DNA of 36,303 nucleotides from an uncultured Clostridia bacterium (GTDB lineage: Bacteria; Acidobacteriota; Aminicenantia; JBFLYD01; JBBIMS01), in contig CAZFCI010000307.1 of the NCBI GenBank assembly GCA_964517525.1, positions 1 through 36,303 of the forward strand. The letters are read 5' to 3'. The notes under the pieces were generated by a model. It saw nothing but the letters and a program-made list of their open reading frames with translations, was not told where the DNA came from and did no database searches. Of the stretch, positions 1 to 6,203 are shown piece by piece. The number at the start of each line of letters is the position of its first letter. The stretch's first letter is position 1. Made by a program: the position numbers and the translations under genes.

Positions 1-3
1 CGC

Positions 4-66
4 GTTAGATCATATAAAATGTCCACGAAATGTATCTGGTTAGATCAAAATTAAATGTCCATGAAA
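4..66 (+). repeat. Left IS end: two tandem copies of GTTAGATCA-N7/8-TGTCC-N2-GAAA
   Basis: Copies at 4-30 and 39-66, read directly from the sequence. Confidence 0.85.
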
Positions 67-79
67 ATGATAAAATATT

Positions 80-99
80 CCTGACTTTACTAAGTCAGG
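80..99 (+). promoter_or_regulatory. Hairpin abutting the transposase RBS
   Basis: CCTGACTT (80-87) and AAGTCAGG (92-99) form a perfect 8-bp stem with a 4-nt loop, immediately followed by GAGGAGAT-ATG(108). Confidence 0.5.
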
Positions 100-107
100 G
101 AGGAGAT

Positions 108-1349
108 ATGGTAAAGGAGTTTGACATGGAACTTATTAAAAGGCAATTAAAAGAGTATTTAAAAGGGAGTAAAAAGAAAAAGTCTCAAATTATCTCTCAG
201 TATTGTGAGCTAACAAAGGTCAAAAGAGCTACTGCTTGCAAGAGATTCAGGCGTTTCGCAGAGAGATATCTATTTTCTGAGAGCTACTCTTGGAAGAATC
301 TATCCATCAAAAAGGGGCGTAAAAGAAAGTATGGAGCTATTCATAAAGAGATAATAAAGAGATGCTGGGAGCTTTCTGGTTGTGTTTGTGCTGAGAAACT
401 CCATCCAATGCTTTCTGTATACATAGAACACCTGAGAAGGAATGGGAAACTTCTTTTCTATGATCCTTCTTTACTGCAAGAGGTAGAGAAGATATCTGTT
501 GGAAGTTTAAAGAGGGTTCTGAGGGATTTTCCAAAAGTATCGAGCAAAAGATATAAGGGGAATGCTTTTATTTATCAGAAAGTGCCTATTGTTGCAGATT
601 TTGGCAGATATGCTTTTGAGAGACCTGGTTATGTTGAGGTTGATTTTGTAGAACATAATGGAGGCTCATCAGCTGGAGTTTACGCAGTAACTGCAGTTTA
701 TACTGATCTTTACTCTCAATGGACGGTAAGAGCGTGTGGGCTTGGGAAGAATCTAAGGAGTGTAGCTGAGATTGACAGAATTGCTCATAGAAGGATTCCG
801 TTTCGAGTTATCCACTATCATCCTGACAATGATAAAGCTATTTTGAAGGTTTTATTTGAGAGGGTAAGAGGTAAGGATTCGATACACCTTTCAAGATCGA
901 GGCCTTACAAAAAGAATGACAATGCTCATGTAGAGCAGAAGGGAGGTGATAAGGTAAGGAAACTTATTGGGTATTGGAGATTTGGAAGTGATGAAGAGGT
1001 TAGAATTCTTAATGAGATTTATTGGAGAGCTGACCTTCTTGACAATTTTTTTATAGCCTGCTTTAAATTAAAGGAGAAGTTGAAGGATAGCAGAGGGAAG
1101 ACAGTTAAGAAAGTATATGAAAAGGCAAAGACTCCTTATCAGAGGCTGATAGAGAGTGAGTATTTAGATGAGAAAGAGAAGGAAAGATTGAAGAGGATTT
1201 ATGAGAGTCTGGACATGGTAAAATTAAGAGAAGAGATAGAGGTTTTAACCGATGAGCTAATTAATTTAGGAACAAGAGGTGATAAAATGAGGGTTAATTT
1301 CAAGGACAAAAAATATGATCTAACCAAAGACATATTTCAGAGACAATGA
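108..1349 (+). CDS. DDE-type transposase (integrase catalytic core)
   Basis: Candidate DDE motifs EVDFVEH, HPDND and SRPYKKNDNAHVEQK; C-terminal KTPYQR. Start moved from 30 to ATG 108 because GGAGGAG precedes it and 30-66 lies in the terminal repeats. Confidence 0.88.
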   Translation: MVKEFDMELIKRQLKEYLKGSKKKKSQIISQYCELTKVKRATACKRFRRFAERYLFSESYSWKNLSIKKGRKRKYGAIHKEIIKRCWELSGCVCAEKLHPMLSVYIEHLRRNGKLLFYDPSLLQEVEKISVGSLKRVLRDFPKVSSKRYKGNAFIYQKVPIVADFGRYAFERPGYVEVDFVEHNGGSSAGVYAVTAVYTDLYSQWTVRACGLGKNLRSVAEIDRIAHRRIPFRVIHYHPDNDKAILKVLFERVRGKDSIHLSRSRPYKKNDNAHVEQKGGDKVRKLIGYWRFGSDEEVRILNEIYWRADLLDNFFIACFKLKEKLKDSRGKTVKKVYEKAKTPYQRLIESEYLDEKEKERLKRIYESLDMVKLREEIEVLTDELINLGTRGDKMRVNFKDKKYDLTKDIFQRQ

Positions 1350-1365
1350 ATTATGATCTAACACG
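1298..1365 (-). repeat. Right IS end: two inverted copies of the same motif
   Basis: TTTC-AA-GGACA-N7-TGATCTAAC (1298-1324) and TTTC-AG-AGACA-N8-TGATCTAAC-ACG (1335-1365). Confidence 0.85.
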
Positions 1366-1519
1366 ACCAGAATCCCCAAACAGTACCACCGTACCTCTCC
1401 CAGCATTCCTCCAATGCTTCCTCACAAGTCTTTGCATATCCCAAATCCACAAAAAGAGCTCCAAAAGTCATTACAACAAAAATGAAGATAAAAAGAAAAG
1501 AAATTAGTCTTTTTAACAT
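1358..1519 (-). pseudogene. Small secreted CX6C peptide, truncated by the IS at 1365/1366 (not in the ORF track)
   Basis: Hand translation: MLKRLISFLFIFIFVVMTFGALFVDLGYAKTCEEALEECWERYGGTVWGFW|SC*. GAGGAGG RBS upstream, signal peptide, and CEEALEEC resembles CESAYARC of the neighbouring gene. The last codons and stop come from the IS end. Confidence 0.75.
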
Positions 1520-1531
1520 CTTATCCTCCTC

Positions 1532-1765
1532 TTATCCCATAAATTCAAGGCACCATGCATAACCCACTATACAAAATCCTTCCCAGGCAAATGCTAATGC
1601 AGGATTGATGAAACCAGATAAGATAGCATCAAGGATACAGCGAGCATAGGCTGATTCACAACTTGCACTAAATGAAGGGGTAAAGCTAAAAAGCATTAAA
1701 ATTACAACAACCAATGAAAAAGCTACTCCTTTACCCAACCATTTCCTTTTTAAAAGAACCTTCAT
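1532..1765 (-). CDS. Small secreted twin-CX6C peptide, function unknown
   Basis: 77 aa: basic N-terminus, hydrophobic stretch, SFSA cleavage-like site, then CESAYARC-x21-CIVGYAWC. GGGAG RBS upstream. Confidence 0.75.
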   Translation of the reverse strand: MKVLLKRKWLGKGVAFSLVVVILMLFSFTPSFSASCESAYARCILDAILSGFINPALAFAWEGFCIVGYAWCLEFMG

Positions 1766-1777
1766 TTTTTAATCTCC

Positions 1778-1783
1778 CATAAT
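1778..1783 (+). promoter_or_regulatory. -10 half (CATAAT) of the IS110 circle-junction promoter
   Basis: Lies 17 nt from TTGACA (3368-3373) only after the right end is joined to the left end through ATCTCC. Confidence 0.8.
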
Positions 1784-1784
1784 A

Positions 1785-3374
1785 TTAATTATATGCATAG
1801 CAATTTAATTTACTTTTATTTACAATGGAATTTGAAAATCTCAGGGTGTTTGGCAAACCTTCATTTTGAGTGTGCCTTGAGCACGATAAGGAGGATGGTT
1901 CCCCACACTCTGACGGTGAGATTTGATTGCATGATGTGCTTCGAGCACTCAATCCGGGAGGATAATTCCCGTCAGAGCATGGGGGGAGCAGAACACCCTG
2001 CAACTGAAAGGAGGTCCTATGTTTAAAAACCTTTATGTCGGTGTCGATGTCTGTGAGGCTGAGTTTTCCGCTTGCTTCATGGATGGCAATGAAAGAAATC
2101 TCGCCTCCAGAAAATACCCTAATACCTTCGACGGATTCAGGCTCTTCAGACAGGACTGCCTCGCCTTCTCCCGTCTTGTGGGTAGAAATGCCAATATCAT
2201 AATCGGTATGGAATCTACAGGAAATTACCATGTCCCACTCCAATCTTTCCTCTTCAGTAGAGCAGGCAGAAGATTCAAAATTAGAGTGATTAACCCCTAC
2301 TGTGTTAAGAGTTTCAGAAAAGCCAGCTTTACCCTCTCCAAAACCGATAAAATCGATGCTGAGACAATCGCTCGATACCTCAAAGCTTTCCCCTCTCAGT
2401 CCTCTACCCCTATCCCTCCTCATCAGCTCTCTTTGCGCTCTACTACAAGATTTAGAAGAGTTCTCATACAGGAGAGAACAAGATGTATAAATCGCCTCAG
2501 GAAAAATCTCAGAGTGGTTCTCCCTGGATATAAAAGAGTGATCGGAGATAAAATCAATACCCCCTTCCTCCAGTTCCTCTCCCTTCATCCTGATTTCGAG
2601 GGTATACCCCCTTCCAGCCCCTACAGACCCCTCCTCAGCATCCTCCAGCAAGATATGCTCTCCATCCTCAAAGATGAGATCAAATGGACTGCAGAGAGAA
2701 TCCTCCAGCTCAATGGGCAGATTGAGGAGCTTGAAAGAAAGATTGATGAGATAATGGATACCTTCTACCCCGACCATATCCTCTTTTCCATCCCAGGTAT
2801 GGGAAAAATTACTGTTGCTACAATAATTGGAGAGATTGGAGATTCTGTCGAGAAATTTCCCACTCAGAAGGATTTCATTGGATATATCGGTCTCTATCCT
2901 GTTGTCTTTCAATCGGGGAAGAATTCTGTCTATTTTAAGATGACATGGAAAGGGAACAAATGGCTCAAAATGGCTTTTATCCTCGCAACTGTCTCTGCAA
3001 GGAAGAATAACCCAGCATTCAGAAATTTCTACAACAGACTCAGGGACAGGGGGAAGAGTAAAAAAGCAGCTGGAGGAGCTCTTGCAAGAAAGATAGCATG
3101 CGTTGTTTACGCAATCCTTCGTAGCGGTATACCATGGAATGAGGAATATGCTCTCTCTGGAATGAGAAGAGGAGAACAGATGAGCCAGAGGATAGATGAG
3201 ATGGCGGGTTCTCCCAATGGGGTAAACCCCGTAAGAGCTCAAAGGCTCAGTGATAATGTGGGACCAACCCGCCAGAGAAGAATATAATGCATATTTTTCC
3301 TTTTTGCAAGAGGTAGAAATGATTCTCCAACCTCCCATCAGTTCCAACTTTTCAGCCAATCTTCTACTTGACAT
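1785..3374 (-). CDS. 529-codon antisense ORF spanning the IS110 element; no recognisable protein family
   Basis: In the ORF track. In codon register with the transposase but also open through both non-coding ends. The host AAGGAG (3387-3392) lies 12 nt before its ATG. Translation is unproven. Confidence 0.4.
   Translation of the reverse strand: MSSRRLAEKLELMGGWRIISTSCKKEKYALYSSLAGWSHIITEPLSSYGVYPIGRTRHLIYPLAHLFSSSHSRESIFLIPWYTATKDCVNNACYLSCKSSSSCFFTLPPVPESVVEISECWVILPCRDSCEDKSHFEPFVPFPCHLKIDRILPRLKDNRIETDISNEILLSGKFLDRISNLSNYCSNSNFSHTWDGKEDMVGVEGIHYLINLSFKLLNLPIELEDSLCSPFDLIFEDGEHILLEDAEEGSVGAGRGYTLEIRMKGEELEEGGIDFISDHSFISRENHSEIFPEAIYTSCSLLYENSSKSCSRAQRELMRRDRGRGLRGESFEVSSDCLSIDFIGFGEGKAGFSETLNTVGVNHSNFESSACSTEEERLEWDMVISCRFHTDYDIGISTHKTGEGEAVLSEEPESVEGIRVFSGGEISFIAIHEASGKLSLTDIDTDIKVFKHRTSFQLQGVLLPPCSDGNYPPGLSARSTSCNQISPSECGEPSSLSCSRHTQNEGLPNTLRFSNSIVNKSKLNCYAYN
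1842..2000 (+). ncRNA. Predicted bridge RNA (target-binding loop about 1856-1900, donor-binding loop about 1901-1984)
   Basis: Closing stem CAGGGTGTT (1842-1850)/AACACCCTG (1992-2000). Stem CTCTGACGG (1908-1916)/CCGTCAGAG (1969-1977). Twin GTGC..GCAC hairpins at 1872-1884 and 1936-1948. Four loop segments match the target and donor junction sequences. The transcript may start near 1790. Confidence 0.85.
2019..3287 (+). CDS. IS110-family transposase/recombinase (DEDD RuvC-like plus Tnp20 domain)
   Basis: YVGVDV, GMESTG and KTDKIDA (DEDD tetrad); SIPGMG, FQSGK (catalytic Ser motif), KGNKWLK, ALARK. AAGGAGG RBS. Confidence 0.96.
   Translation: MFKNLYVGVDVCEAEFSACFMDGNERNLASRKYPNTFDGFRLFRQDCLAFSRLVGRNANIIIGMESTGNYHVPLQSFLFSRAGRRFKIRVINPYCVKSFRKASFTLSKTDKIDAETIARYLKAFPSQSSTPIPPHQLSLRSTTRFRRVLIQERTRCINRLRKNLRVVLPGYKRVIGDKINTPFLQFLSLHPDFEGIPPSSPYRPLLSILQQDMLSILKDEIKWTAERILQLNGQIEELERKIDEIMDTFYPDHILFSIPGMGKITVATIIGEIGDSVEKFPTQKDFIGYIGLYPVVFQSGKNSVYFKMTWKGNKWLKMAFILATVSARKNNPAFRNFYNRLRDRGKSKKAAGGALARKIACVVYAILRSGIPWNEEYALSGMRRGEQMSQRIDEMAGSPNGVNPVRAQRLSDNVGPTRQRRI
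3202..3274 (+). other. GC-rich multibranch stem-loop inside the 3' end of the IS110 transposase gene
   Basis: TGGCGGGTT (3202-3210)/AACCCGCCA (3266-3274) and TCCCA (3212-3216)/TGGGA (3259-3263), enclosing hairpins TGGGG-TAAA-CCCCG (3218-3231) and GAGCT-CAAA-GGCTC (3235-3248). Confidence 0.6.
3368..3373 (+). promoter_or_regulatory. -35 half (TTGACA) of the IS110 circle-junction promoter
   Basis: Perfect consensus, 17 nt inside the right boundary of the element. Confidence 0.8.
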
Positions 3375-3386
3375 TTATTATTGCAT

Positions 3387-3408
3387 CTCCTTAAATATGA
3401 TTTTACCA
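3387..3408 (-). promoter_or_regulatory. Displaced host extended -10 (TGGTAAAAT) and SD (TAAGGAG) of the peptide operon
   Basis: The minus strand reads TGGTAAAATCATATTTAAGGAG. The -35 region is poor, and read-through from the ATPase gene is also possible. Confidence 0.55.
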
Positions 3409-3433
3409 CTTAGAAAATATTAAGGAAAGAATT

Positions 3434-6076
3434 TCAAAAAGTTTGATTTCCCCTTTTTCTTTTCAAAAGTTTTTCCAATTCAACAGCAAAGAAGAGGAGG
3501 GAGGAAAAGAAGAGCATTATTAAGAGTTCAGGGATTGAGAGAGGAGTTGTCTTTAGAAATTTGTTAAACAATGGTATATAAATTGTTCCAATTTGTAAAA
3601 TAAATGTCCCTATAATTGTCCAGAAAAGAAGAGGATTGGAAAAGAACCCAACTTTAAATGTTGAATGGATAAAAGATTTACAAGCAAAAGCATGCCATAA
3701 CTGGGCTAAACATAAGACATTGAAGGTTATTGTCTGCCAGTGAAGGTTTAATTTTATAGCTATTCCCTGGGCTGTCAGAGTTAGCAAGCCGAGAAAAATG
3801 CCTGACCAGAGAATGCTTATACCAAGCCCTCTTGAAAAAATATTCTCCTTTGGATTTCTTGGTGGTCTTTCCATTATTCCGATCTCCCCCCTTTCAGAAG
3901 AAAAAGCAATCCCTGGCAGACCATCGGTTACAAGATTTATCCATAATATCTGAATTGGTTGCAGGGGTAGAGGTAAGCCAAAAAATGGTGCAAGGAATAT
4001 TGTCATTATCTCTCCAACATTGCTGGCAAGAACATATCTAATGAACTTAAGGATGTTATCATATATCTTTCTTCCTTCTTGTATTGCCTTTACAATTGTT
4101 GCAAAATTATCGTCGAGAAGAATCATATCAGATGCTTCCTTTGCAACATCTGTACCTGTAATTCCCATTGCAACTCCAATATCAGCTTTTTTTAAGGAGG
4201 GAGCATCATTTACACCGTCCCCAGTCATGGCAACATACTCCCCCTTATCCTGAAGAGCTTTAACAATCTTAAACTTTTGCTCAGGAGCAACCCTTGCATA
4301 GACTTTAATCTCTTTCACCCTTTCTTCAAGTTCTGCTAAACTCAGGGCATCAAGCTTTGCTCCTGTAATTATTGAATAATCATTTTCTAAAATACCTAAC
4401 TTTTTTGCAATAACCTTTGCTGTCAATGGGTGATCCCCTGTAATCATCACGGGTTTTATACCTGCTGATTTGCAGAGTTTAACTGCTGAGTATGCTTCTT
4501 CTCTTGGAGGATCCATCATTCCTATGAAACCAATAAATATCAAATCACTTTCAACATTTTCTGGCTCAAGATTCTCTGGAATAAAGTCCCACTCCCTAAT
4601 TGCAAAGCCAAGAACTCTTAAGCCATCTCCAGCCATCTTCTCATTGGTTATTGTTAATAAGTTCCTGTCAATCCTTCCTATCCCTTCTTCAGACAAAGAG
4701 CTTGATGATTTTGAAACGATAACCTCTGGCGCTCCCTTTGTAATTGAGAGAATTTTCCCACCCCTCCATTCATGAAAGGTTGTCATGCATTTCCTTTCTG
4801 AATCAAAGGGTATTTCTGCAATTCTTTTCATTTCCCTTTCTATTCTCTCCTTTTTAATTCCTGAATCTATCCCTAACTGAAGGAGGGCTATCTCAGTAGG
4901 GTCTCCAATAAATTTACCATTCTGATAAGATGCGTCGTTGGACAATGTTGCTATCTTCAAAAAGAAAAGTAATTTATTTAGATTGTCTTCGTTTTCATCA
5001 ATAATTATTTCATCTTTTTTATAAATTTTCCCATTCCAGAATATCTCCTCTACATTCATTTTATTGAGGGTCAGGGTTCCTGTTTTGTCCGTGCAAATGT
5101 AAGTTATAGAGCCTAAGGTTTCAACTGCAGGAAGCCTTCTTATTAAAGCATTTTCCTCAACCATTCTTCTTGCTCCGAAAGCCAGGGATATTGTTATAAC
5201 TGCTGGAAGAGCTTCTGGGATTGCAGCAACTGCAAGGCTAACTGCGGTTATAAAAAGGAGTATTGGTTCTCCTCCCCTTAGCAATCCAATAAAGAAAACT
5301 AAAGCACAAATAAAAAGAAATGCAAAAGAGAGTTTTTTACCAAGGTCAGTAAGCCTTTTCTGAAGGGGTGTCTTCTCCTCCTTAGCTTCCTGGAGCATTT
5401 CTGCAATTCTACCAAGTTCTGTTTTCATTCCTGTTTCAACAACAATTCCTTTACTTCTTCCCATTGTGACGGCAGTCCCTTTAAAAATCATATTTTTCCT
5501 GTCACCAAGAGGAAGATGTTTTTCCTTCAAGACTTTTGTTATCTTTTCAACAGGAACAGATTCTCCTGTTAATGATGCCTCATTCACCTTTAACTGATGT
5601 GCCTCTATCAAACGAATATCTGCGGGAACAATATTACCCGCTTCAACCAATACAATATCCCCTGGAACAATTTCCTCAATACGGATCTTCTTAATTTCAT
5701 TGTCCCTTAAAACAGTACCCTCAGGCTCAGCCATCTCCTTTAGTTTTTCCATTGCTTTTTCAGCCTTGTATTCCTGGACAAATCCGATCAGGGCATTTAA
5801 GAAGACTATAAGGAGAATTGCAATGGAATCCATTTCCTCTCCCAAAAAGGCTGAAATTATTGCTGCAGCAATAAGAATAATGATCATAAAATCGGAAAAT
5901 TGGCTTAGAAAAAGCAAAAAAGGACTTTTTTTCTTTTTCTCCTCTATCCTGTTCAAACCGTATATTGAAATTCTCCTTTTTGCCTCCTCAGAAGATATTC
6001 CAAAAGGGGAGGACTCAAGTATTTCAAAAACCTCTTCTATTTCTTTTCTATACCAGTCTGTTCTAATCTCTTCCAT
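3434..6076 (-). CDS. P-type cation-transporting ATPase, P2A (Ca2+, PMR1/SERCA-like)
   Basis: TGES, IPEALP, DKTGTLT, KGAPE, DPPR, MITGD, TGDGVND and WINLVTDG motifs. Start set to ATG 6076, which has GAGG upstream. Confidence 0.95.
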   Translation of the reverse strand: MEEIRTDWYRKEIEEVFEILESSPFGISSEEAKRRISIYGLNRIEEKKKKSPFLLFLSQFSDFMIIILIAAAIISAFLGEEMDSIAILLIVFLNALIGFVQEYKAEKAMEKLKEMAEPEGTVLRDNEIKKIRIEEIVPGDIVLVEAGNIVPADIRLIEAHQLKVNEASLTGESVPVEKITKVLKEKHLPLGDRKNMIFKGTAVTMGRSKGIVVETGMKTELGRIAEMLQEAKEEKTPLQKRLTDLGKKLSFAFLFICALVFFIGLLRGGEPILLFITAVSLAVAAIPEALPAVITISLAFGARRMVEENALIRRLPAVETLGSITYICTDKTGTLTLNKMNVEEIFWNGKIYKKDEIIIDENEDNLNKLLFFLKIATLSNDASYQNGKFIGDPTEIALLQLGIDSGIKKERIEREMKRIAEIPFDSERKCMTTFHEWRGGKILSITKGAPEVIVSKSSSSLSEEGIGRIDRNLLTITNEKMAGDGLRVLGFAIREWDFIPENLEPENVESDLIFIGFIGMMDPPREEAYSAVKLCKSAGIKPVMITGDHPLTAKVIAKKLGILENDYSIITGAKLDALSLAELEERVKEIKVYARVAPEQKFKIVKALQDKGEYVAMTGDGVNDAPSLKKADIGVAMGITGTDVAKEASDMILLDDNFATIVKAIQEGRKIYDNILKFIRYVLASNVGEIMTIFLAPFFGLPLPLQPIQILWINLVTDGLPGIAFSSERGEIGIMERPPRNPKENIFSRGLGISILWSGIFLGLLTLTAQGIAIKLNLHWQTITFNVLCLAQLWHAFACKSFIHSTFKVGFFSNPLLFWTIIGTFILQIGTIYIPLFNKFLKTTPLSIPELLIMLFFSSLLFFAVELEKLLKRKRGNQTF

Positions 6077-6164
6077 ACAAAACCTCAAACAGAAATTTTA
6101 TAATATTTTTTTAAAATTTAAAATTAAAACATCATCATCAGACAATCTTAAAATCAATTTTTCC

Positions 6165-6194
6165 TTGACATAAGGGTAAAAATACATTTAAAAT
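6165..6194 (+). promoter_or_regulatory. Sigma70-like promoter for the pilus cluster
   Basis: TTGACA (6165-6170)-18 nt-TAAAAT (6189-6194); the ATG is only 9 nt further on. Confidence 0.6.
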
Positions 6195-6203
6195 AAAAAA
6201 GAA

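Larger units (their letters stand above)
1..1365 (+). mobile_element. Insertion sequence with DDE/integrase-core transposase (ISNCY/IS481-like)
   Basis: The left end CGCGTTAGATCATA (1-14) matches the reverse complement of the right end (CGTGTTAGATCATA, 1352-1365) at 13/14. There is a single transposase ORF inside, and the right end interrupts a small minus-strand gene. The left flank is outside the window, so no target duplication can be checked. Confidence 0.88.
1772..3390 (+). mobile_element. IS110-family element (bridge-RNA recombinase) with a long non-coding left end
   Basis: Bounded by direct ATCTCC at 1772-1777 and 3385-3390, containing a CT core. Excision restores TAAGGAGATTAAAAAATG in front of the peptide gene, and circularisation creates TTGACA-17-CATAAT. 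No terminal inverted repeats seen. Confidence 0.9.

Noticed and set aside
30-107. N-terminal extension of the first transposase in the ORF track
   Set aside because: It runs through the terminal repeats; the strong RBS is in front of ATG 108.
1813-1842. Alternative IS110 left boundaries (CT at 1813, AT at 1825, ATCTC at 1838)
   Set aside because: None yields both a 17-bp-spaced circle promoter and a restored host RBS; ATCTCC at 1772-1777 yields both.
1872-1948. Repeated GTGC..GAGCAC units as a mini CRISPR array
   Set aside because: Only two short copies and no cas genes; they are explained as the apical hairpins of the two bridge-RNA loops.
1793-2026. 77-aa plus-strand ORF upstream of the IS110 transposase
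   Set aside because: No RBS or recognisable protein features; it coincides with the structured bridge RNA.
3378-3386. Minus-strand mini-ORF ATG CAA TAA directly after the host SD
   Set aside because: There is no spacing between SD and ATG, so initiation is unlikely; noted only because it is in frame with the long antisense ORF.
3832-6173. Short antisense ORFs over the ATPase, and similar ones over other host genes
   Set aside because: Short shadows of real genes with no RBS or boundary correlation, unlike the end-to-end ORF in the IS110.
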